Source: Chitinophagales bacterium (GTDB taxonomy: Bacteria; Bacteroidota; Bacteroidia; Chitinophagales; LD1). Taken from it: a DNA stretch of 64,000 bases. The DNA lies in assembly GCA_035299425.1 (NCBI GenBank), contig DATGWP010000080.1, forward strand, positions 95 to 64,094, in the 5' to 3' direction. Position 1 is the stretch's first letter. Every line of letters starts with the position of its first letter. The notes under the pieces are model-generated. The model was not told the DNA's origin. It saw only the letters and a list, made by a program, of their open reading frames with translations, and made no database searches. This document shows, piece after piece, positions 56,299 through 64,000 of the stretch. Position numbers and translations under genes: made by a program.

Positions 56299-58170
56299 AT
56301 GAGCTTCTACGGCACCTCTATACCCGATTTATTAAAACGCCTTGAAACTGAAACTGGAGCGGCCAAGGCTAATACCTATTTATACCTGGCTGTAGAGCAT
56401 AAAGCAAGCGACCCGGTCACAGCTTTAAGCTATGCCAACCTTGCCTTAGAAATCTGTAGCGCAGAAAATTTAAAGGAAACCGAAATAGACTACTGGACAG
56501 TGCGCGCTATTTTAGAAGAAGGCGTTTCGGCATCAGAAAAAGCTATTGAGCATTTAGAAAAGGCGGTGGCCATAGCTGCCGAAATAAAAGATGAACAAGG
56601 TCGGCTTACAGCCCTGCAAAAAATAGGGCTGCACAAAATGCGGCAACATAAAACTGATGAAGCCGGTGAGATTTTAATGCGCTGTGTAGAAGACTACAAA
56701 CTGCTGCCCGACACCCTAATGAAAGCGGAATGCTATCACCAAACGGCACAGTATTTAATGAATGTTGATTTGAAGCAAGCTGTTGAAATAGCTTTGAGCG
56801 GATTGGCAATAGCCAAAAACATTGGCCGCCCGCTGGACCAGGTACACCACCTGAAAACGTTGTTGAATATAGCCGCTAAAAGCGGTGATGACGACAAGGC
56901 TATTGAATATGGGTTAGAAGCATTGCGGATTAAAGAGGAGAACAATGACCAGACTGCATTGCTGGGTACAGCACGGCGAATAGCACACCTTTATTTGAAA
57001 CGTAACGAGCAAGTGCTGGCGCAAAAATATTTTGAACGCGAAGTGCAATTACATGCAGCACCCGTAAATATACACCGCACCGCACAACTACAGTTGGAAG
57101 ATGCTGAAAGCTATTTTTACAGCGGGCGTGTAGCAGAGGCGCTGACTTTTGCAAAGCAAGCTATAAACATTGCCACTGCAGAAAACAACCTGCGTAAACT
57201 CGGCAATGCCGAGTTTCAGATGGGCAATCTTCTTTTTTTGAATAAAGAATTTAATGCGGCCATCCCATATCTGGAGAAGTCCATCCTGACAAAAGGTGAT
57301 GCGATTGCTGCTAACGACCATATTGCCACGCTTGATTTACTGCACCAATGCTATGAGCAGGCTGAGCAATACATGGAGGCTTATACTACGCTGAGAAAAA
57401 AATCGGCGCTGGAGGCAGAACTGATAAACAGCGAGCGTATAAAAGAAGTAACCCAACTTAACAAGCGCTACGAAACGGAAAAGCGGGAAGCCGAATTGCG
57501 CGACTTAAAAATAAAGCAACAGCAAACAGAGCTTGAGCGCAGCGAAAGCGAATTGAAAGCCATTAAGGCACAAATGAACCCGCACTTCATATTTAATGCG
57601 CTGAACAGTATACAGGAGATGTTTTTTATAGGCGATAAACGATTGGCCAACGAGCACCTGGGCAAATTCAGTCAGTTAACGCGCGAGATCCTAAAAGCCA
57701 GCGGCAAACAATACATTACGTTATCTGAGGAAATAGAAATGCTGAAAAAGTATCTGGACCTTGAAGGCCTGCGCTTTGAAAAGGACTTTTCATTTTCCGT
57801 AACAATGAATAATGAAGATGCCGCTGACGATATTTTACTACCGCCCATGCTGATACAGCCATATGTGGAGAACAGTATTCGCCACGGCTTATTACATAAG
57901 CAAGGCGGAAAAAGCATTTCGATAGATTTTGTTTTTGATGAACCTGCCAGGCAATTGCGCTGCACGGTGAGCGATAATGGAGTAGGGCGCAAAGCATCAT
58001 CTGAAATAAACAAAGGGCGCAAACAATTGCATGAGTCGTTTTCTACCTCTGCCAACGCTAAGCGCTTAGAACTACTTAACCAAAACCGCGACGAAAAAAT
58101 AGGAGTAGAATATGAAGATTTGGAGAACGGAACTAAAGTAGTGATATTGATACCCGTAAGCTATGATTAA
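56299..58170 (+). CDS. TPR-domain LytS/YehU-type histidine kinase with no evident TM segment (HK3)
   Basis: ORF 56260..58170. The start is either ATG 56299 (MSFYGTS...) or ATG 56260. TPR-like repeats and a coiled coil precede KAQMNPHFIFNALNSIQ and an ATPase domain. I found no hydrophobic helix. Confidence 0.82.
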   Translation: MSFYGTSIPDLLKRLETETGAAKANTYLYLAVEHKASDPVTALSYANLALEICSAENLKETEIDYWTVRAILEEGVSASEKAIEHLEKAVAIAAEIKDEQGRLTALQKIGLHKMRQHKTDEAGEILMRCVEDYKLLPDTLMKAECYHQTAQYLMNVDLKQAVEIALSGLAIAKNIGRPLDQVHHLKTLLNIAAKSGDDDKAIEYGLEALRIKEENNDQTALLGTARRIAHLYLKRNEQVLAQKYFEREVQLHAAPVNIHRTAQLQLEDAESYFYSGRVAEALTFAKQAINIATAENNLRKLGNAEFQMGNLLFLNKEFNAAIPYLEKSILTKGDAIAANDHIATLDLLHQCYEQAEQYMEAYTTLRKKSALEAELINSERIKEVTQLNKRYETEKREAELRDLKIKQQQTELERSESELKAIKAQMNPHFIFNALNSIQEMFFIGDKRLANEHLGKFSQLTREILKASGKQYITLSEEIEMLKKYLDLEGLRFEKDFSFSVTMNNEDAADDILLPPMLIQPYVENSIRHGLLHKQGGKSISIDFVFDEPARQLRCTVSDNGVGRKASSEINKGRKQLHESFSTSANAKRLELLNQNRDEKIGVEYEDLENGTKVVILIPVSYD

Positions 58171-58909
58171 GGCTATAATAATAGATGATGAAGCAAAAGC
58201 GCGGCGCATAATAGAGGCGCTGCTGAAAGAGTATTGCCCCGATGTAGAGGTTGTAGCCATAGCCGAAGATGTGCCATCAGGCGTTATTGCTATTAACCAG
58301 CACAAACCCGATGTATTGTTTTTAGATGTAGAGATGCCCGGCTATACCGGTTTTCAGTTGCTAGATTTTTTTCGCGATATAGATTTTGAAATTGTGTTTA
58401 CCACTGCCCACAGCGATTATGCCGTGCAGGCTTTTCGTGTAAGTGCGATTGATTTTTTATTGAAGCCTATACAGATATCAGAATTAATAGCCGCAGTAGA
58501 AAAAGTAAAGCTAAAGCAGGGGCAGAATAAAGAGCGCATTTCTATATTGAAAGAAAACTTTAAAGATAATTCGATAAAAAAACTGGCGCTACCGGTTGCC
58601 GAAGGTTTAACCTTTGTAGACACTGATACGCTTACACATTTAGAAGCGGACGGAGCCTATACGCATTTTCATTTTGCCGAAGGCCGCAAAATTATTGTAA
58701 GCAAAAAGATAAAGGAGTTTGAAGAAGCATTGACGCAGCAGAACAATTTCTTCAGAACGCACCGGTCATTTATAGTAAACCTGAAGAAGATAAAACAATA
58801 CGTAAAACAGGAAGGCGGCTATGTGTTGCTGGATAACGAAATTCAAATACCATTGGCGCGCGAACGGAAGGATGAGTTTATGCAGGTAATAGAAAGGATG
58901 AGTTTATGA
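58163..58909 (+). CDS. Response regulator, REC + LytTR DNA-binding domain (RR3; paralog of RR1)
   Basis: 248 aa. It aligns with RR1 along its full length: IIDDEAKARR vs LVDDEERARR, FLDVEMP, and FFRTHRSFIVNLKKI vs FFRIHRSHLINLNFV. It overlaps HK3 by 8 nt. Confidence 0.9.
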   Translation: MIKAIIIDDEAKARRIIEALLKEYCPDVEVVAIAEDVPSGVIAINQHKPDVLFLDVEMPGYTGFQLLDFFRDIDFEIVFTTAHSDYAVQAFRVSAIDFLLKPIQISELIAAVEKVKLKQGQNKERISILKENFKDNSIKKLALPVAEGLTFVDTDTLTHLEADGAYTHFHFAEGRKIIVSKKIKEFEEALTQQNNFFRTHRSFIVNLKKIKQYVKQEGGYVLLDNEIQIPLARERKDEFMQVIERMSL

Positions 58910-59688
58910 AACGCGAGCAGGTTTACGAGCTATTAGAACGCAAACACAAAGAATACAACTCGGCAAACTTTATAGCAAATGACCCCATCAGTGTTCCGCA
59001 CCGGTTTACTAAGTTGCAGGATATTGAAATCATTGGTTTCTGGGTTGCCATGCTGGCATGGGGCAACCGCAAGGGTATTATTAACTCAGGCAATAAACTG
59101 GTGGAGCTGATGGAAGGCGCGCCACACGATTTTGTAATGAATCATAAGGAAACAGACCTTAAACGGTTTCTCGATTTTAAGCACCGGACTTTTAATGCTA
59201 CCGATGCCCTATACTTTATAGAATTTTTTAAGCAACATTACAGCAAACACAATTCGCTGGAAGAAGCTTTTGTAACTCGGTTGAGCAGGAAACCGGGTAA
59301 TCAGGCAAAGCGGTTAGAGGCATTCCACGATTACTTTTTTTCTTTTGATGACGCACCGCACCGAACGCGTAAACATATTGCCACACCCTTGCGCGGCAGC
59401 ACCTGCAAACGCATGAATATGTTTCTGCGCTGGATGGTGCGCAAAGACAAACACGGAGTAGATTTTGGTTTGTGGAAGAAGATAAAGCCTTCGCAATTGT
59501 ATATACCATTGGATGTACACGTCGACAGAACAGCGCGCAAGCTGGGCCTTATCCGCCGCAAGCAAACCGATTGGGAAACAGTGGTAGAGTTAACCGAAAA
59601 CCTGAAACAGTTTGACCCGAAAGACCCGGTTAAATATGACTTCTCTTTGTTTGGTATAAGTGTGTTAGATAAAATGGAGATACATTAG
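58906..59688 (+). CDS. TIGR02757/DUF2400-family protein, HhH-GPD (endonuclease III)-like
   Basis: 260 aa. IPLDVHVDRTARKLGLI resembles the EndoIII/HhH-GPD motif (V)DTHV.RV..RLGL. The gene overlaps RR3 by ATGA. Confidence 0.7.
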   Translation: MKREQVYELLERKHKEYNSANFIANDPISVPHRFTKLQDIEIIGFWVAMLAWGNRKGIINSGNKLVELMEGAPHDFVMNHKETDLKRFLDFKHRTFNATDALYFIEFFKQHYSKHNSLEEAFVTRLSRKPGNQAKRLEAFHDYFFSFDDAPHRTRKHIATPLRGSTCKRMNMFLRWMVRKDKHGVDFGLWKKIKPSQLYIPLDVHVDRTARKLGLIRRKQTDWETVVELTENLKQFDPKDPVKYDFSLFGISVLDKMEIH

Positions 59689-59693
59689 CCGCC

Positions 59694-60023
59694 ATGGATA
59701 TTCAAAAGCAACTTTTCGATTCGTTTGAAATTGATGAACAATTTCTGCCGGCTAAAACTAATGATGAAGAGAAGTTCCGCGCCATCCGGCAATTGCTTAT
59801 CCATCGTATTGATGAACTTATCCGCACCGATTTTGATAAACTGAAATGGATACTTTACCGCATTGATATAAGCGAGAAAAAGCTGGCCGAAACGCTGAAG
59901 ACAAGTGAGCAGGATGCATCCTCTATAATAGCCGATATGATAATAACGCGCCAGCTTGAGAAAGCGGAGAGCAGGAAGAAATTTAGCGAAGGTGAGACCG
60001 CTGATTGGTCTTTTGACCTGTAG
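59694..60023 (+). CDS. Hypothetical protein
   Basis: 109-aa ORF lying 5 nt after the previous stop codon. It is acidic and helical. No family was recognised. Confidence 0.5.
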   Translation: MDIQKQLFDSFEIDEQFLPAKTNDEEKFRAIRQLLIHRIDELIRTDFDKLKWILYRIDISEKKLAETLKTSEQDASSIIADMIITRQLEKAESRKKFSEGETADWSFDL

Positions 60024-60153
60024 GTTCGATTACAGATAAGTACAATTGATTACTCTGATAACGATGTAAATTCAACCGATGTGTTTTTTATTATTCTTGC
60101 ATTTGTATTTATCTGAGTAATCTTTTTTAAAATCTGTGTAATCGACATATAAT

Positions 60154-61425
60154 ATGAGCAACGCTAACAATCCTAACCTGAAATCGTGGGTAGAAGTAAA
60201 GCCAGGCAGCGATTTTCCTATACAAAATTTGCCCTTTGGTATTTTTAAGACAGCCGGTACGCATGCCCGCGCGGGGGTTGCCATAGGCGAATATATACTG
60301 GACCTTTCGGTAATAGCCCATGCGGGTTTACTTGATTCTATCACGTTTGACAAAGAGGTATTGTCGCACCCTGTATTGAATGATTTTATTGCGCAGGGCA
60401 AGGCAGTTACTAATGCAGTACGCGAAAGGGTATCGCATTTGCTGAATGCCGACAACCCACAACTGCGTGATAACAAAGTGATGCGCGATAACTGCCTGAT
60501 AAAGCAGAGTGATGCGCAAATGCAGCTACCGGTGCACGTGCCTAACTATACCGATTTTTACTCGAGCATAGAGCATGCAACCAACGTAGGTACTATGTTC
60601 CGCGACCCAGCTAATGCACTGTTGCCAAACTGGAAACACCTACCGGTAGGTTACCACGGCCGTGCCTCATCTATTGTAGTTAGCGGCACGCCTATCCGCC
60701 GCCCTAAAGGACAGACCAAAGCGGATGATGCACCGGTGCCTTCTTTCGGCCCATGTAAGCTATTAGACTTTGAACTGGAGATGGCTTTTATAACCGGTAA
60801 GCCAACTAACCTGGGCGAGAGCATTACCACAGCCAATGCGGAAGAGCATATTTTTGGCATGGTGTTGTTTAACGACTGGAGCGCACGCGATATACAAAAG
60901 TGGGAGTATGTTCCGCTGGGGCCATTTTTGGCCAAAAACTTCGGCTCTACTATTTCACCATGGATAGTAACTCTTGAAGCGCTGGAGCCATTTAGAGTAG
61001 AAACCCCAAAACAAGAACCGGAGGTGTTGCCATACCTGAAATCGGAAGGCAAGCGCAACATAGATATTAAACTCGAGGTAGAAATTATACCCGAAGGTGG
61101 CCAGGGCAAAGTAGTGTCCAATAGCAACTTTAAATACATGTACTGGAATATGTCGCAGCAACTAGCGCACCATACCGTAAACGGCTGCAATATTATGGTG
61201 GGCGATATGTATGCCAGCGGCACAATCAGCGGCCCGACACCGGATAGCTACGGTTCGATGCTGGAAATTAGCTGGCAGGGTAAAAACCCGGTGAAAATGC
61301 CCGATGGTACCGAGCGCAGGTTTATTTTAGATAACGATACAGTAGTAATGCGCGGCCACTGCGAAAAAGATGGTGTGCGTGTTGGTTTTGGAGAATGCAG
61401 CGGCAAGATATTACCGGCTTTGTAA
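60154..61425 (+). CDS. fahA: Fumarylacetoacetase
   Basis: 423 aa. The sequence runs ...SWVEV...SDFPIQNLPFGIF..., ...YTDFYSS.EHATNVG.MFR and ...DFELEMA..., and it ends with an FAH-fold C-terminal domain. Confidence 0.9.
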   Translation: MSNANNPNLKSWVEVKPGSDFPIQNLPFGIFKTAGTHARAGVAIGEYILDLSVIAHAGLLDSITFDKEVLSHPVLNDFIAQGKAVTNAVRERVSHLLNADNPQLRDNKVMRDNCLIKQSDAQMQLPVHVPNYTDFYSSIEHATNVGTMFRDPANALLPNWKHLPVGYHGRASSIVVSGTPIRRPKGQTKADDAPVPSFGPCKLLDFELEMAFITGKPTNLGESITTANAEEHIFGMVLFNDWSARDIQKWEYVPLGPFLAKNFGSTISPWIVTLEALEPFRVETPKQEPEVLPYLKSEGKRNIDIKLEVEIIPEGGQGKVVSNSNFKYMYWNMSQQLAHHTVNGCNIMVGDMYASGTISGPTPDSYGSMLEISWQGKNPVKMPDGTERRFILDNDTVVMRGHCEKDGVRVGFGECSGKILPAL

Positions 61426-61428
61426 AAT

Positions 61429-61920
61429 ATGAAACAGTTTGTAATTGCAACTACAGAAGACACCTTGTTAGTCAGGCAAAGTATCCCATATAATATTTAC
61501 AATACAGTTAAGTGGGCTTTGCTGCTTAGTCTGCTTGCTTTACCAGTATACTCATATTTTGCAAGTGTCATCGTTATACTTGTAAGTATTATTGTTTTTG
61601 TATTACTTGTTTTTCCTAATACATATATCTCACAACCCTTCTTGAATATTAACTCGACAACAGGAAAAATAAGCTACTACCACTCTAAAGATATATTAGA
61701 CGTAAACCTTTTTGGCAAAGTGGAATTGGTTGTAAATGAAGACCATGACGATTTATTTAGTATTGGATTGCTTGCTCTTACGAACAAAAAAGAAGATAGC
61801 GTGAGGATTTTTGAATGTCAATTGGGCTACTTTTCTGATGATCAATCTGTAGAGATTGCCATTGCGATTGCAAAGTTTCTCCAATTCGAATTGATTACTA
61901 ATGTTACAGAAGAAGATTGA
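61429..61920 (+). CDS. Hypothetical membrane protein (AT-rich orphan)
   Basis: 163 aa with two adjacent TM helices (WALLLSLLALPVYSYF, VIVILVSIIVFVLLVF). Three 60-nt lines that I counted have 21, 22 and 16 G+C, clearly below the neighbouring genes. Confidence 0.5.
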   Translation: MKQFVIATTEDTLLVRQSIPYNIYNTVKWALLLSLLALPVYSYFASVIVILVSIIVFVLLVFPNTYISQPFLNINSTTGKISYYHSKDILDVNLFGKVELVVNEDHDDLFSIGLLALTNKKEDSVRIFECQLGYFSDDQSVEIAIAIAKFLQFELITNVTEED

Positions 61921-61926
61921 TACACT

Positions 61927-62205
61927 ATGACCTACTACCTTATAGCGATACTACTCATAATAATGGGTGCCGGTGCGCGCACTATGTTTGAGATTGCCCA
62001 CCATGCCCTCGGCCGCGAGCACGAGTCCTTTGGCCCTGCGGCAGATACTAACCGGCTGATTTTTTTAGCGCTGTGGTTTGTGCTGATGATGGTGGTGGAT
62101 GTGATACTATTGCGCAACAAAGACCTGAAAAACAGGAATATCTATATAGCCTTGCTTTCAGTTGGTGTATTAGCGCCAACCGCTTATATGTTTTTAACAC
62201 ACTAA
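61927..62205 (+). CDS. Small hypothetical membrane protein
   Basis: 92 aa with about three hydrophobic helices. No family was recognised. Confidence 0.4.
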   Translation: MTYYLIAILLIIMGAGARTMFEIAHHALGREHESFGPAADTNRLIFLALWFVLMMVVDVILLRNKDLKNRNIYIALLSVGVLAPTAYMFLTH

Positions 62206-62254
62206 TGTGATTTTACTCATACTTTAAGGTAGATGAGCTACATACATTTGTAGC

Positions 62255-62626
62255 ATGCGCAAAGTGGGTTTGATTTTTCTTACCACCGTTTTTTTAACGG
62301 GCAATACGCAGTTGGTTCAATTGCTAAAGATTCCCGCTTTGTTCTTCCATTTCTCCGAGCATGCTGCTAACAACAATGTTTCGTTCCTGGAGTACCTGCA
62401 CAATCATTACCTTCATGTGCACAAAGACAAAGATTATAGCCGCGACAAGCAGTTGCCATTTATGAATGCCGAAAACACGGTTAATAAGGAAGCAAACGCT
62501 ATCGCTCCGCTATCAATACAAAAGCAAGCCACTGAGCTGCCTCGTACCTGCCTTTATCTTGTTTACCGCCCCATCCATAATCTTACCGCTTTTCATACTT
62601 CTATCTGGCAACCACCGCGGGCCTGA
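62255..62626 (+). CDS. Hypothetical His-rich protein with N-terminal signal or anchor
   Basis: 123 aa starting MRKVGLIFLTTVFLTGNTQ. A His-rich stretch follows: FHFSEHAANNNVSFLEYLHNHYLHVHKDKDY. Confidence 0.45.
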   Translation: MRKVGLIFLTTVFLTGNTQLVQLLKIPALFFHFSEHAANNNVSFLEYLHNHYLHVHKDKDYSRDKQLPFMNAENTVNKEANAIAPLSIQKQATELPRTCLYLVYRPIHNLTAFHTSIWQPPRA

Positions 62627-62734
62627 GTTTACAACTGTTTTCGTGTAGTGTTTTTATGGCTGATCCATTTGTTATGCCAGTATAACTACATGTGCTTATA
62701 TGTCCTTTTTTGAACAAACTAAAAAATAGAAAAT

Positions 62735-63238
62735 ATGAATACTGCTCACTGGCATTTAATATTAAACCATGTACCTATATTGGGCACATTGGCTTGTATC
62801 ATAATTATTGCGTTTGGCTTGCTGCGCAAAAACCGCGACACCCAGTTACTGGGCTTGGCGGGTGTAGTTGTAATGGCGCTCATATCATTAATAGTAATGG
62901 AAACAGGTGAGGGTGCAGAAGAACTGGTAGAAAAGCTACCAGGAATAGCCGATGCTGCTATGGATGCGCACGAAGATGCAGCCAAAATTGCGAACATCAT
63001 TTTGATTGTTGCAGGTGTTTTTTCCGTAATAACACTGGCGCTTCACTTTTTTAAGCGCGGGTTGTATGTAGCTGCCGTGTGGCTTACACTCATTATATCG
63101 GCAGTGGCTTTTGGGTTTATGGGCTATACTGGTTATTTGGGAGGCAAAATACGCCATACAGAAACCAGTGCTGTTAATGCTGCAAACCCGCAACAAACAG
63201 GTGATGCGGCAGAGGCCGCCACAGAAGAAGAAGATTAA
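62735..63238 (+). CDS. Hypothetical integral membrane protein (about 4 TM helices)
   Basis: 167 aa starting MNTAHWHLILNHVPILGTLACIIIIAF.... The C-terminal tail is acidic. The family assignment is uncertain. Confidence 0.5.
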   Translation: MNTAHWHLILNHVPILGTLACIIIIAFGLLRKNRDTQLLGLAGVVVMALISLIVMETGEGAEELVEKLPGIADAAMDAHEDAAKIANIILIVAGVFSVITLALHFFKRGLYVAAVWLTLIISAVAFGFMGYTGYLGGKIRHTETSAVNAANPQQTGDAAEAATEEED

Positions 63239-63243
63239 CAAAG

Positions 63244-63271
63244 CAGGCCCCGCGAAAAAAACCGGGGCCTG
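63244..63271 (+). terminator. Terminator after the 62735..63238 gene
   Basis: CAGGCCCCG and CGGGGCCTG form a 9-bp stem, followed by TTAATTTTG. Confidence 0.65.
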
Positions 63272-63297
63272 TTAATTTTGATTCTCTAATATTGAGA

Positions 63298-64000
63298 ATG
63301 ATTTCTTTGCACACATCAGATTTACCAATACCCAAACTGCACGAACACCTGTTAGGTGCAGTGGCGCCACGGCCTATTGCTTTTGCTACTACTATAGATA
63401 AAGAAGGCAATGTGAACCTGGCGCCGTTTTCGTTCTTCAATTGTTTTGGTGCTAACCCGCCTACACTGATTTTTTCTCCGGCGCGTAGTGGCAAAACAGG
63501 CGCCACCAAAAACACACACGATAATGTGTTGGAAGTGCCCGAGTGCGTAATAAACATTGCTCCTTATAGCATACTGTATCAAATGAACCTGGCGGCGCAC
63601 ATGTATCCAAAAGGAACAGATGAGTTTGCTAAATCAGGCCTAACACCTATACCAAGTGTAACGGTTAAACCTCCGCGCGTGGCTGAATGCTATGTGCAGA
63701 TGGAATGTAAGGTAAAGCAGGTAATAGAAACCGGGCCCGGTGGTGGTGCGGGTAATCTTGTTATTTGCGAAGTGACAATGATACACATAGATGAAAAAGT
63801 GTTGGATGCTGAAGGCAGTATAGACCCGGCTAAGATGGATTACATAGCCCGCCTTGGCAAACAATACTGGTGCCGCATAGGTGCCGAAAGCATTATCACA
63901 ATCCCCGGTTTTAAGATGGCGAATGAACTGGGGCTTGGTTTCGATGGATTGCCAGAGGAGATTCGCCACTCGAAATACCTGACCGGTAACGAGATTGCAC
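63298..64000 (+). CDS. Flavin reductase-like (DIM6/NTAB) family protein; runs off the window end
   Basis: Absent from the ORF track because there is no stop codon in the window. My translation from ATG 63298 reads MISLHTSDLPIPKLHEHLLGAVAPRPIAFATTIDKEGNVNLAPFSFFNCFGANPPTLIFSPARSG..., the typical family N-terminus. Confidence 0.78.
   Translation, partial: MISLHTSDLPIPKLHEHLLGAVAPRPIAFATTIDKEGNVNLAPFSFFNCFGANPPTLIFSPARSGKTGATKNTHDNVLEVPECVINIAPYSILYQMNLAAHMYPKGTDEFAKSGLTPIPSVTVKPPRVAECYVQMECKVKQVIETGPGGGAGNLVICEVTMIHIDEKVLDAEGSIDPAKMDYIARLGKQYWCRIGAESIITIPGFKMANELGLGFDGLPEEIRHSKYLTGNEIA

Noticed and set aside
62243-62250. TACATTTG and TATATTTG (56287..56294) as -7 promoter boxes for the 62255 ORF and for HK3.
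   Set aside because: They match TAnnTTTG but end only 4-5 nt before the proposed ATGs. That would imply leaderless transcripts or a different start codon. This is too uncertain to list as a feature without transcription start site data.

Overview
This is a 64-kb chromosomal window. It is probably from a Bacteroidota genome of the Sphingobacteriia or Chitinophagia type. That placement is an inference from five secreted proteins ending in T9SS-type C-terminal sorting tails, TAnnTTTG-like promoter boxes, and lpxD/asmA outer-membrane genes. All family calls come from reading motifs in the translations; no database search was run.

The left half (1-31 kb) is mostly housekeeping:
- Core genes: hppA (runs off the window start), a DUF502 protein, dnaN, an AsmA-family protein, an M1 aminopeptidase, purH, lpxD, gcvT, and a Cys/Met PLP enzyme.
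- Accessory inserts among them: a tandem transglutaminase-like pair, a DUF433/DUF5615 toxin-antitoxin-like pair, a DUF1015 protein, an orphan ORF and a bestrophin-like channel.
- Secreted enzymes: a GH31 hydrolase and a PhoD phosphatase (both T9SS-tailed) and an S9 peptidase.

The most unusual part is 31.8-59.7 kb:
- A radical-SAM/DUF4130 putative DNA-repair pair opens the region.
- A 25-kb island follows. It has three giant T9SS-tailed surface proteins of about 2164, 1009 and 1930 aa, built from beta-propeller, beta-helix, LamG, Ig-like and tandem Cys-repeat modules. Each sits next to its own two-component system with a LytTR-type response regulator.
- The third regulator gene overlaps (ATGA) a TIGR02757/HhH-GPD-like gene.

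The right end carries fahA, several small membrane or orphan ORFs, and a flavin reductase that runs off the window end.

Intergenic regions hold several families of REP-like palindromic repeats, strong bidirectional terminators, one long (about 170 nt) imperfect palindrome, and a conserved two-box motif in two intergenic gaps inside the island. I saw no rRNA, tRNA, CRISPR array, transposase, integrase or reverse transcriptase.

The ORF track renders non-ATG starts as M, so several starts were moved to internal ATGs where a signal peptide or a conserved N-terminus begins.
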